A stretch of 64,000 bases of DNA from a virus (Duplodnaviria > Caudoviricetes), in the IMG/VR virus record IMGVR_UViG_3300037400_003286, one strand, 5' to 3'. Shown in pieces: positions 20,504-30,900 of the stretch. The position numbers and the translations under genes are program-made. Each line of letters opens with the position of its first letter. Within the stretch, counting starts at the first letter, position 1. The notes below the pieces were generated by a model. That model was not told the DNA's origin. It did not search any database and saw only the letters and a program-made list of their open reading frames with translations.

Positions 20504-21517
20504 ATGATAAAAGAATTTAAGAATATCACAGATAAAGACCTTGCTTATATGCAGACACACAAGGTAACAGTAACAGAAAAACTGGACATGATCTATTTCA
20601 AGGTTATTATTACGGAGTCTGGTGTTTATCCTTTGACCTCAAAGAATAAGCAAATTGGCAAAGTTGATTGTATTGTTAATTCGATTTATAAGGATATTGT
20701 AGATTTTGTTGAGAACAATATCAAATCGAAATACGATGAGTTGTACAATACATTTGGAAACTGTGAATGTGGATTCTTTTTCAAACCAGTTCCAAAGACT
20801 TGCACAATAGAATACGCTAACTGTATTGATAAGTTCATACTCGGAAATTTATATACATCTGTTAAGAGTATGAACGACATGGATAAATTTGCAGATATTA
20901 TAAATGTAAATTCGTTGAAACCTATTTGTGAAAAGGAATGTATCTGCAAGTTTGATGATATCAATGACAGTATTGATATTGTGAACAAAATGACTGACGG
21001 AAAAACGTGGTCTGGAAACAAGATCGATCAGATTGAAGGTATCATTCTATCTTGTGGAAAGATGAACTATAAGGTTACTGTTATTGATACCACACCTGAT
21101 ATTGAGAAGACAACAAAGAAACTTTATAGGGACACTATTCTTGAGAATTTCTGCCATGTAATTACTGATAATGAGAATGCTGAAGATATAATGAACTCTG
21201 AGAAAGATTATGTTAACAAAGTGTGTGACCTTTTCCTGGAGTACATTAACAAGACAAATATATTTACGAAGATGTATATAGAAGAAGAGGATCTTCTACC
21301 GCCTAATTCTGGATACATCGGTGATATAGATTATGATTCCTTACCACCTACTGTAAAGATTGTGTGCAAGGTGAATAATACGTATAAGAATATCCTTAGA
21401 ATTCTTCTAATTACCTTCAATCGAAGTGTCTTTGATAATAAGTTCAAGAACTTTAATCCCGATACGAGAGGAAAGTTGACGTACATTTTATCGAAGATAA
21501 ATAGAGAGAAGAAGTAA
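20504..21517 (+). CDS. Hypothetical protein with degenerate RNA-ligase/nucleotidyltransferase motifs
   Basis: VTEKLD (motif I-like), IEGIIL (motif IV-like), YKV (motif V-like). Confidence 0.4.
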   Translation: MIKEFKNITDKDLAYMQTHKVTVTEKLDMIYFKVIITESGVYPLTSKNKQIGKVDCIVNSIYKDIVDFVENNIKSKYDELYNTFGNCECGFFFKPVPKTCTIEYANCIDKFILGNLYTSVKSMNDMDKFADIINVNSLKPICEKECICKFDDINDSIDIVNKMTDGKTWSGNKIDQIEGIILSCGKMNYKVTVIDTTPDIEKTTKKLYRDTILENFCHVITDNENAEDIMNSEKDYVNKVCDLFLEYINKTNIFTKMYIEEEDLLPPNSGYIGDIDYDSLPPTVKIVCKVNNTYKNILRILLITFNRSVFDNKFKNFNPDTRGKLTYILSKINREKK

Positions 21518-21572
21518 TCAAAGAATTACAACGAATATTAACATTAAAAACAAAATTAAAAGAATTAAAATT

Positions 21573-22781
21573 ATGGATTCAAACAAGTTATTCAGTCCTG
21601 TAGGGGCAACGAAAGAAGAAAAGACAAACACAGAACAGTACAAAGTATCTTTTAAAGAAGGAAAGAATGGTGTCTATCGCTCAGTGATCAGATTTATTCC
21701 TAACTATGCTGATCCTAGCAGATGTACGATGATTAAATCGGTTTCTTGGGTTAAGAACCCGATTACCCAGAAGGGAATGTATGTGGACGATCCTCGTTCA
21801 GTCGGTCAGCCTTCTCCTGTAACCGACATGTATTTCAACCTTTACAACACTCAGATTGCAACTTATGTTGATTGGGCTAAGGCACATCTTGGTTCAAAGA
21901 AGCAGTATGCGTCTCTCGTTCAGATTGTATCTGATGAGCAGCATCCTGAACTGGTAGGTCAGATCCGTGTGTTCGTATACGGTAAGAAGGTTTATGAGAA
22001 GCTGAACAACGAAGAGTATCCACAGGGTGCTGGTCAGCAGGGTATCAATCCTTTCCATCCTATCTATGGTAGAAAGTTCTCCCTTGTATGTACAAACCAG
22101 TCTGGCTTCAACAACTTCGATCAGTCAAGTTTCTTTGACGAGAGAATTAACGGTAATCAGTTAGCACCTTCTGGAATGTGGTACATCGATCCAGCAAATC
22201 CTAATCAGTATTCAATCGTTGATGAGAATACAGATCCTGACGTTTTGATGGATTATCTGAGCAAGAATTCTCCTGATCTTTCCAAGTATGACTATCATGA
22301 TTGGACAGAGGAACAGACAAAGCATGTAGAGGAAGTGCTTGCAATCGCACGTAACTTCATGAACACAGGTTCTATGGCTGGTACTCAGATGCAAACAATG
22401 CAAGCTGGATTACAGGCAGTTAATACACCTCATGTTCCAGGAGCAGCACCTGCACCAGCAGCACCTACATACAATCCTGCACCTCAGTTCCCTGGTGCTA
22501 ATACTCCTGCACCTGCACCCGCAGTAGCACCTGTAGCACAGCCTGGTACATTTACACCAGCACCTGCTCCTGTTGCTTCTCCTGCACCAGCAGTTCAGGC
22601 TCCAGTATCTCCTGCTCCTGCTCCAGCAACCCCAGTGATTCCTGGAATGCCCGCAGCAGCACCTGCACCAGCAGTATCAGGCGTAACTCCTCCTACTGTA
22701 ACTCCTAAGACTGTAAATGCTCCCGCAGCACCTGCGCCTGGACAGGGAATGAACATGGATGATATTCTCAAGCAGCTTTAA
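21573..22781 (+). CDS. gp32: Single-stranded DNA-binding protein (T4 gp32-like) with a Pro/Ala-rich linker
   Basis: GVYRSVIRFIP, VSDEQHPELVGQIRVFVYGKKV, NPFHPIYGRKFSL, FNNFDQSSF; C-terminal DDILKQL. Confidence 0.88.
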   Translation: MDSNKLFSPVGATKEEKTNTEQYKVSFKEGKNGVYRSVIRFIPNYADPSRCTMIKSVSWVKNPITQKGMYVDDPRSVGQPSPVTDMYFNLYNTQIATYVDWAKAHLGSKKQYASLVQIVSDEQHPELVGQIRVFVYGKKVYEKLNNEEYPQGAGQQGINPFHPIYGRKFSLVCTNQSGFNNFDQSSFFDERINGNQLAPSGMWYIDPANPNQYSIVDENTDPDVLMDYLSKNSPDLSKYDYHDWTEEQTKHVEEVLAIARNFMNTGSMAGTQMQTMQAGLQAVNTPHVPGAAPAPAAPTYNPAPQFPGANTPAPAPAVAPVAQPGTFTPAPAPVASPAPAVQAPVSPAPAPATPVIPGMPAAAPAPAVSGVTPPTVTPKTVNAPAAPAPGQGMNMDDILKQL

Positions 22782-22804
22782 AAGAGATTAATCATATAAT
22801 CAAA

Positions 22805-22838
22805 AAAGCAATCAGGTTATTCACTTGATTGCTTTTTC
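22805..22838. terminator. Bidirectional terminator
   Basis: aaaagcaatcagg-loop-cttgattgcttttt between convergent genes. Confidence 0.75.
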
Positions 22839-25132
22839 TTTGTATTTGTTGTTGGATTATCCTTTCTTTTCTTTTTAAGGTTTCTTAATGTTTCCTTGTC
22901 CGTTTGAACACCAGCCTGTAAGTTCTGTATATTCATCTTGATTTCGCTTTTCTTCTCTTTTAGATCGTTGATCTTTTTATCTTGTGCTTCAATCATCTGT
23001 TTGATTGTTTCCTTGATTGGCTTGACACTTATAGATGGAATCATCGAAACCGTAGCCTTTATTGTATCAACAGCTATATTAAGTGCTGGTATAAGAGATC
23101 CAGGAATATCACCGAAATTGACAAATAGTAACATAGGTAAAGGGCATATTCCGCATATACCAAGTCCTATTACAACAGTTACTCTTCCTTTAATTACAAC
23201 AAACGGTATGTATATAATAGGTAATGGTATAGGAACACCAGTAATTACAAGTCCAGTTGGCCAGTACATAGGAAGCATACAGTTTACTATTGTTGCTATT
23301 CCACAATATTTAACCCAATATTCAAAGTCTGTTATACCGAACTGCGTCCTTAATGTATCTTCTCCGAACTGGTATCCGTTTTCATCTATGTTAGATGGTG
23401 GTGTACCGTTCATATAAGGAGCATTTATTTTCTCTGTTGTCGTTGTTGGCTCTGATATGTAGAAGAAATCATGCGGTTCATTATCTTTGAATACTGTGCT
23501 TTTTCCACTCCAATCAGCTTCCTGGAATTGATCGAATATCTCTCCAGAGTTAATCTTAGGATCCTTATCAAGATAGAAACTTATAGCCTTATCAGCAAGT
23601 TTCCTAAGTATCTTCGCTTCAGACTGTACCATTTTCTTAAAAGGATCAAGATACTTACTTTCAAATGCATTATATGCTGATTGTGCTGATGCTATCACGT
23701 CTGGATTACCACCAGCAACACATATATTGTTATATGAAAGTATATACTCCTTTATATTCTGACTTCCTAATTGTTCCTTCAGAGTGAATATGTCATTATA
23801 GTCATCAGTTGATGCAAACTGTTCAAAGTATTTCGGATCGATCTCTGATTCAATCTTTCTCAACTGCACAAAGAATATTGCGATTTTCTTCAGGTTGTTA
23901 TAAAGCTGTTTCATTGCTTTCTCTGAAGCAGTATCCTGTATCTGTGCATTATTGATGATACTGTTCACATCCATGTCTTTGTACTTCTCTTCTGCCGACA
24001 TAGGTGGAGTATAGTTACACAGAGTCTCAAGATATTTGAGTACCTTTGAATACAATGTCACTCTTTTCTTGTCATATATGCTTGCCTCAATCAGATCCTT
24101 ATCGTTATCCGCATAGAAATCATAGAAGAATATCTGCTTGATCCTTCCATAGTAGTCATACATTTTGTCATCCCAATATTTTCTTATATTGTCATTACAC
24201 AATGTATTGAACTTTGATATAAGACCAGCAATATTTGAACCGTTAAGCTCAAGTCTGCTTCTAACCTGTAGGAATGTTGTTAGATGATAGAAAAGCTCAA
24301 CGACATATGGATTCTCATCATCATACACAAAATCATCACTTGTGATGTAGTCCATATATTCATCATAAAGCATCATATCACTTATTCTTCCAGAATTGTA
24401 TCCGAATGACGGTACGTTATTGTATTGCCATAATATCTGATCGAAATACTTTTTCTTTGTGCTGTCAAGAAGTCGTTTCAATCCCATCAGGTTTTCGTTC
24501 TCACAATAACTCTGTATACTTGATGCTTGGCATATATTCCTCATTTCATCATTATATCTGTCTATGATATTATCCGCAGCCTCATTGTAAATCTCACAGA
24601 TACGTGACGTATTGTTATAAGCAAGAGATACACCTACGGATGTATGCTGGATATAGTTGTTTGCAATATCAGCACATCTGAATCTGAGTATATAATCTTT
24701 TATGAAGTTATTAGTAAATGAACTTTCCTTGAGAAGATCATTAAGCTGATCAAACTTGCTTTCCTTTTTGTCTGTAAATAGAGTCTGTAATGATTTATCG
24801 GAGAAATCCTTCAATCCAAGATCGCTCATCAGATTATCGGTTGCCTTATCATATATACCGATGAAATATCTGTCAGTTACATCGGTTATGATTCCGCTTA
24901 TCTTTGAATTTACAGGAATTCCTCTCATATATCCTATTGTCTGATCTACACTTATTCTCTGTCCTGGCTTGATAAGTATTGTAGGTTTTTCTGATCCAAA
25001 CTCAACAACGAATTTATCTGGACCAGCTATTCCACTGAATAGTCCAGTTCCAAGAACGTAATCCAGATCGGTTGATGAATCAGGATCACATAATGATATG
25101 CAACATGGAAATAATGTAGATGTATCGTCCAT
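22817..25132 (-). CDS. Hypothetical protein, probably tail/baseplate-associated
   Basis: 771 aa in a translationally coupled minus-strand operon; hydrophobic Pro-rich segment and coiled-coil C-terminus. Confidence 0.5.
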   Translation of the reverse strand: MDDTSTLFPCCISLCDPDSSTDLDYVLGTGLFSGIAGPDKFVVEFGSEKPTILIKPGQRISVDQTIGYMRGIPVNSKISGIITDVTDRYFIGIYDKATDNLMSDLGLKDFSDKSLQTLFTDKKESKFDQLNDLLKESSFTNNFIKDYILRFRCADIANNYIQHTSVGVSLAYNNTSRICEIYNEAADNIIDRYNDEMRNICQASSIQSYCENENLMGLKRLLDSTKKKYFDQILWQYNNVPSFGYNSGRISDMMLYDEYMDYITSDDFVYDDENPYVVELFYHLTTFLQVRSRLELNGSNIAGLISKFNTLCNDNIRKYWDDKMYDYYGRIKQIFFYDFYADNDKDLIEASIYDKKRVTLYSKVLKYLETLCNYTPPMSAEEKYKDMDVNSIINNAQIQDTASEKAMKQLYNNLKKIAIFFVQLRKIESEIDPKYFEQFASTDDYNDIFTLKEQLGSQNIKEYILSYNNICVAGGNPDVIASAQSAYNAFESKYLDPFKKMVQSEAKILRKLADKAISFYLDKDPKINSGEIFDQFQEADWSGKSTVFKDNEPHDFFYISEPTTTTEKINAPYMNGTPPSNIDENGYQFGEDTLRTQFGITDFEYWVKYCGIATIVNCMLPMYWPTGLVITGVPIPLPIIYIPFVVIKGRVTVVIGLGICGICPLPMLLFVNFGDIPGSLIPALNIAVDTIKATVSMIPSISVKPIKETIKQMIEAQDKKINDLKEKKSEIKMNIQNLQAGVQTDKETLRNLKKKRKDNPTTNTKKKQSSE

Positions 25133-25713
25133 TAGTTCAATGAAAATCCTTTTTCTTTTGCTTCACACAATTGCATGACTATGCTTCGTTGAAGGTTCTT
25201 TGCTTTTTCCTCAGCACATTTCTTTGCTGCCGTTTCTGAATTTACTGTATCTGGAAAGTCTGGATTCGTGTCTGGTTCTGCTGCTTCCTGTTCTGCTTTT
25301 TCAGCTTCCCTTAATGCAAGGAACAATCCAGCAAGCATACCGATAAGAGGAAGTAGCATAGCTATAATTTTCCTGAAGTCTATTCCAGATTTATCTTTTC
25401 CGACATTAATATCTTTTATAGCGTGCATTTTTCCTATCACGCTCTCCCAAACTTTCTTTGGTGTATTCTTACCGTTATTGACAGCATCAAGTACTTCAGA
25501 CAGAATATTGAACTGCATCATTTTCAAGAATACCATTCGCTTGAAAGGAGGCATCTTGTCAAGTTTCTGATACAGTTTAGTTTTGGCATCAAGTTCTTGA
25601 CCGTTATGAATCTGATCATTCGGTGTACTTTCGTTAGGTGTTGGTGTCGCTGTACCATTACCTAAATTGGTATGTGTTTTAGGATCGACGATCCCTGTAC
25701 TTGTATCTGCCAT
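25132..25713 (-). CDS. Hypothetical protein with one hydrophobic helix
   Basis: IIAMLLPLIGMLAGLFLAL; coupled to its neighbours. Confidence 0.6.
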   Translation of the reverse strand: MADTSTGIVDPKTHTNLGNGTATPTPNESTPNDQIHNGQELDAKTKLYQKLDKMPPFKRMVFLKMMQFNILSEVLDAVNNGKNTPKKVWESVIGKMHAIKDINVGKDKSGIDFRKIIAMLLPLIGMLAGLFLALREAEKAEQEAAEPDTNPDFPDTVNSETAAKKCAEEKAKNLQRSIVMQLCEAKEKGFSLN

Positions 25714-25716
25714 TTA

Positions 25717-27252
25717 TTATAATATTTCTGGTTGTCCGTGATGTCCTGCTGCCGCATTTGCATCGTATGCTGCCCAGAACTGCCTACGTGTTCTACCAGA
25801 TCCAGTTTTATATCCCATGTGTACCCAACTTGTAGTTGATGTAGCAACGGATGATCCTTTATATTCTATAAGTATCTGATCAAATTGTATATGCTTGTTA
25901 GCTTGTAAAAAAGCTTTGATGAATCTAGAAAGGTATCTTGTTGCTGTTCGTTTTTGATCACCACCTCCTAAGAATCTTTTTAGCTGCACATCTATAGCGT
26001 ATCCGTATTTATGTGCTGAGTTTTTGGCACCTCCTATCTGTGAATTGTATGCTGTAGGTCTGTATCCAGATGATATATGCCATGTAGGATCTATATGAAG
26101 CGTATTTGTTGCATATTCTTCCCATGCTTTTCTTAATGGAACGAATAGATTTCTCATAGCTTCACCTACATTCTGCTTTGCGACATAGTTTTCCTGTGCT
26201 GTTCCATAATTAACACGAGGATTATATATATTAAGATATGTAACTTCCTTATATTCTATAGCTCTGTCACTATCTGTTATTTCAACGTGCGGTATTTCTC
26301 CAGTAGGAAGATACATTCCACCATCGTCATCTGCTGGTTCAGCAGCATCATATGTAAATTCTATAGGTTCATATTTTATAGGAGGTTCAATTACAGTTTC
26401 AAATAAAGCAACACTTTCTCCTTCTTCTTTTGCTTGTTGTTGATAATATGCATCTATCTCTTTCCAGTAATCGCTATTATCTTCGAATAATGGGTTTACC
26501 TGATTTGCTGGTGCTTGCACTACCTGTGTTTGAGCATTAATTGTTCTTGATGTTGTAGCGTATATGTTTTCCTTAACTATCTTTATATTATGGTTAAGAA
26601 CATCCTTAGGAGCAGGCATACCAGCTATTGTAGCAACAACATTTTCAGCAGCAGCCTTAACTTCTGATACAAATTCACACGGATTCTTCGACAGATCTGG
26701 CAGTGCAACTGTAATCATAGGAAGCTCAAGTCCTTGATTTTCAGGAAGTTCTGTATCTAATGATTCTATGGATTTCTTTATTTTTTCAAGCTTTGATCGA
26801 ATTTTATCTGTAGGCATCTTGATACCGTTAGCCTTGTTATATTCTATTACTGCATCCATCCAGGCATCTGTTTCTACCTGAGTATCAAAGTCTAATCCCC
26901 ATCCAGTTCCAGATTTGATCAATTGACCGTTTACTGTTTCTTCATATTCATATGCTCCTCTTGAATCAACAGACTTTATATTGAATTTTACATTGAATCC
27001 TTCCCCAGCATCAACCTTATCGTTGTGGTCATATATGAATGACTCAACAGCATCTCTCCACTTATCAACTTCAAATGAAGGAATACCGTCAATACCATTT
27101 CTAACCATATATTCATTAACGTCACCGTTGAATGTTTCTTTTCCTTCCTCATCTACTCTTACGGTATGATAAAGGTCAAGTTTTGAATATATGAACATCG
27201 ATGGTGTATTTTCTATATCACTTCTTGATATTGTATACTTAACTTCAGCCAT
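25717..27252 (-). CDS. Protein with a C-terminal peptidase M15 (Zn D-Ala-D-Ala type) domain; putative virion-associated peptidoglycan hydrolase
   Basis: ISSGYR, NSAHKYGYAIDV (SxHxxGxAxD), FDQILIE, WVHMG. Confidence 0.8.
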   Translation of the reverse strand: MAEVKYTISRSDIENTPSMFIYSKLDLYHTVRVDEEGKETFNGDVNEYMVRNGIDGIPSFEVDKWRDAVESFIYDHNDKVDAGEGFNVKFNIKSVDSRGAYEYEETVNGQLIKSGTGWGLDFDTQVETDAWMDAVIEYNKANGIKMPTDKIRSKLEKIKKSIESLDTELPENQGLELPMITVALPDLSKNPCEFVSEVKAAAENVVATIAGMPAPKDVLNHNIKIVKENIYATTSRTINAQTQVVQAPANQVNPLFEDNSDYWKEIDAYYQQQAKEEGESVALFETVIEPPIKYEPIEFTYDAAEPADDDGGMYLPTGEIPHVEITDSDRAIEYKEVTYLNIYNPRVNYGTAQENYVAKQNVGEAMRNLFVPLRKAWEEYATNTLHIDPTWHISSGYRPTAYNSQIGGAKNSAHKYGYAIDVQLKRFLGGGDQKRTATRYLSRFIKAFLQANKHIQFDQILIEYKGSSVATSTTSWVHMGYKTGSGRTRRQFWAAYDANAAAGHHGQPEIL

Positions 27253-27892
27253 TCAGGTCTTTCATGCATGTTTTCAGGTTCCAGAAAGAATCAGCAATAT
27301 CATCCATACATAATACGTAGTTTGACTTCTTTTTAAGATAGTCTGGATTATCATGCAGGACAGATATAAGATGATGATCAACGATCTGTCTTCCCATTGC
27401 TTCAATCATCGCGTCCTTTCCAAGTCCTTTCTTTGAACAATCTGCTGTTTTCTTAATTGTTATAGGAGAATATGTCTTGAGGTTTTTATATCCATGATTC
27501 TTCAAAGCCTCCATAAGTATGTACTTATAACCAGCAAGTTGTAAAGCTGCATCTCCTTTTGCTGAAAAAGCGAATCCCTCATTTGCGATCACAACCTCAT
27601 CCTTCTTTATATTATTATCTTCTACCAGTTTGTCAATGGTATGTAAAATAATCTCAGAGAGATTAATTGCTCTGTCAACGTGCTCAAGAATAAGTTCATG
27701 CTGGTTAAGAGACTTCTCTTTTATTGCTTCTAAATTTCTGTTAAAAACGTTTACACCACAGCTTGTCAGCCTGTCATATGACTTATCATCAATGTCCGAT
27801 GGCCACACATAAAAGTCCACAACATCATTGATATATGATGTCATAGCTGGCTTGTTGCAGGAGAAATCAAACGCAAAAATAGCTCTATACAT
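27245..27892 (-). CDS. RuvC-like Holliday junction resolvase
   Basis: FAFDFS, ANEGFAF, YSPITIKK, KDAMIEA, DDIADSF. Confidence 0.75.
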   Translation of the reverse strand: MYRAIFAFDFSCNKPAMTSYINDVVDFYVWPSDIDDKSYDRLTSCGVNVFNRNLEAIKEKSLNQHELILEHVDRAINLSEIILHTIDKLVEDNNIKKDEVVIANEGFAFSAKGDAALQLAGYKYILMEALKNHGYKNLKTYSPITIKKTADCSKKGLGKDAMIEAMGRQIVDHHLISVLHDNPDYLKKKSNYVLCMDDIADSFWNLKTCMKDLNG

Positions 27893-27957
27893 GGACTTTA
27901 TCGCTTTTCGCTATTTATCTGTAATTTTAAAGTAGACGATTTTCTTTTAGATAAATA

Positions 27958-30900
27958 ATGAAAGATAATTTTCTTGATAAGAAAATGAGAGATTTAAGAT
28001 CAGTAAATAAAGTTAATGAGGATAACGCATCTGGGTTTCACTCAAATGTAGTCACTACTGGTTTTGACAGAGCCGTTACAGGTGGTAACGACGCACCTTT
28101 ACCAGTAACGATGCCGCAGTTTAAGGAATCAATCAAAAAGTCAAAAGATATTTTGTTAGGAAAGAAATCAAATGGTGGTGATATGAATGTTCATGACGAT
28201 CATAGTATAGTTAATATTGACGACCATAGCGTACACATTGATAACAGTGTGCATCATTCCAGTTTAGGTGATGGTTTAGCATGGTTTGGAACACACTGGA
28301 AGGAAATAGCAATAGTCGCTGGTGCTGCTGCACTTATACTTGCTATTTCAAAATTAATCAAAGGACTTAACAAGAGCATTAAGATCCGTTATAACAGAGT
28401 TGTTAAGACTTTGCAGAGAGCACAGAAGGACTTCACTCTTGCAGAAGACGGTCTTAACATGAAGTCAGTAATGCCTGGAGTCGGAAGCAGCATTAACGAC
28501 TGGATCTCAAGAATGTGGACTGGTAACTGGAAGTCAAAGAAACATAAGAAAGGAAATATCGGACTTCACCCATTCTGCTCACAATACATCGAGGAAATTG
28601 AAATGGATTTCCGTACAGCACAGGAAGCATTCAGCAAGATTAAGCTTGGTGCTGATGAATCAAGTGTTGATAATGACAGAAATACAGACGCAAGCGTAGG
28701 TGGAGCACAACATAATGTAAGTACATCAGCTTATAGTGGAAAGCTTTATTCTAGTTTCCATGAGGCTTATTCTGAGGAACTTCTTAATGAAGGTGTAGCA
28801 CCTGAGAAGTTGGATGAGTCTGTACTTGCAATGATTTCTGCTGGTGTTGCCCTTGCATCACTCGCTGTACGTGCTGGATCATTCCTTTATCAGAGATATA
28901 AGGACGGTAAGCCTGTTGGTGAGCCAAAGCAGATCCAGGTTACTAAGGAATCTACCCGTGAGATTTGCTACGCTATCATTAATAACTATACTGACAAGTA
29001 TGTAAACATGCAGCAAGTATTCAATGAGCTTGGTATCGATTCTAAGTCTCTTGCTGATATTGATACATCAGCTTGTGATAAGTTGAAGGATATTCTCAAG
29101 AAATATCAGAAGCCAGAGAAGAACACATATACAAAGCAATATGAGAGAATAGAGAAAGCATACCGTAAGATGCTGAAGCACTACTATGCTATCGGCGACG
29201 GTATTATCGCTAACTTTGTCAAGTATTCTGAGGCTAAGGATGAGAAGCATTCTAACTTGATCGTAGCATCTAAGGAGAAGCTTGAGAATATGTGGGATTC
29301 ACAGAAGGATTTCTATGATAATAACTTCTCACATGTTCTTGTTGAAATCGTATCAAGCGAGGCATACATCAATTATCTCGACTTCATTATCGAGAAGGTT
29401 ATTCCTGTATTCAAGTCTGGTCTTGCAAGCGATGCAGATTATGTTCTCGACATCGTGCCAAAGAAGGGTGAATATTATTTGCTCCGTCAGACTGGAAACG
29501 GACAGGCTGTACTTGGTGATCAGGAAGTTGAAAAGGGTAATGTGGCTATCGCTGAAGTTCTCGGATTCGATAGAGAAGAGAAGAAGATGAAGTTCAAGCT
29601 TATCGGATTAGTCAAAGGTAATGAAGGTGACTACTATGAATTAGGTGACGATGGTGTTGCAACACTTTCAACCGATGATATTGATTATAACGCATATAAG
29701 GAACACGACGAATTCAATGAGGATTACAGCAAGTGGCTTGCATTGGATCCAGTATTACTTGACTGGACACCAGAACAGAACAGCGACGTATATAAGAGAG
29801 TTGTCGGTGAAGGAAAGGAAAAGGTAACTCAATTCCTGTATGCTAAGTCTGGTAAGGAAGACAAGGAGAAAGGATACAATACTGTTTATCTTGTAACAAC
29901 AAAGGGTGATTCATATGAGATTATCGATGCTAAGTTATTCAAGATAGACAACTATCTACAATATAGTGATTTTGATAATTTTGTCAAGACTAAATCTGAT
30001 AATCCAGAAGAGAATATGGGATTTGAAGATGCTTATTCTGACAGAATCAAGAAATATTTTGCAAACTACGAAGGTGAAAAACCAGTAGAACCAGAGAATG
30101 TTCATACAACAGAGGAACTTGTTAAGAAGATTAATGAGAAGAAAGAATCCGATCAAAAGGAAGATGTTAATGTAAAGGCAGAATCTCCTCTGTATGCAAG
30201 GGCTTCACACACAAAGAGAGGTAGAGAGATTTATGAATATATGTTTGCTATGATTGAGGCAGACGAGGAATCTCTTGGAATACCTATGAAGAACAGACTC
30301 AATGAGGTAGGTGATGGTGATTCTTCAACAGGAGATGCATCTACAGGTGACGCTTCAACTGGAGAAGGTACACCAGTAATCGAGCCAGGTACAGATAATG
30401 CTAAGAAGGATCTTGTAAAGACAATCTTTGTATGCAATATTGACGTAAGTTCTGGTAAGACAATTGCCGATCCAGCAAATGAGAATAAGTTTGACGGATC
30501 AAGTATAGAGATCGATCCAGCTTGTAGTATTGATGATGTGAATAAGAAAGCTGAGGAACTTGAGTTCACAAAGGTAGATAAGAATGCAGCAAAGATTAAA
30601 CAGATTATATTAGGTAACATTCTCAAGCAGACTGGAAGCGTACAGAAAGCATCTTCTGGTAAGGTTGCTATTGATCAGCTTGATAAGGCTATTGAGGAAA
30701 TGGAGAATCGTGAAGGTGCATCTGACAAGCTTTCAAACGATGCTGGAGAAATAGCACAGAAGATTCTCGATGAATATAACAAGCTTGGTGTAGGTGATGA
30801 CTGGTTTGAGGTTACACCATTCAATAAGCCATCTGGATCAGGTTTCATAAAAGGTTTAGGTAAACCTTATCTTGTAAAGAAAGAGAAAATGCAGAAACCT

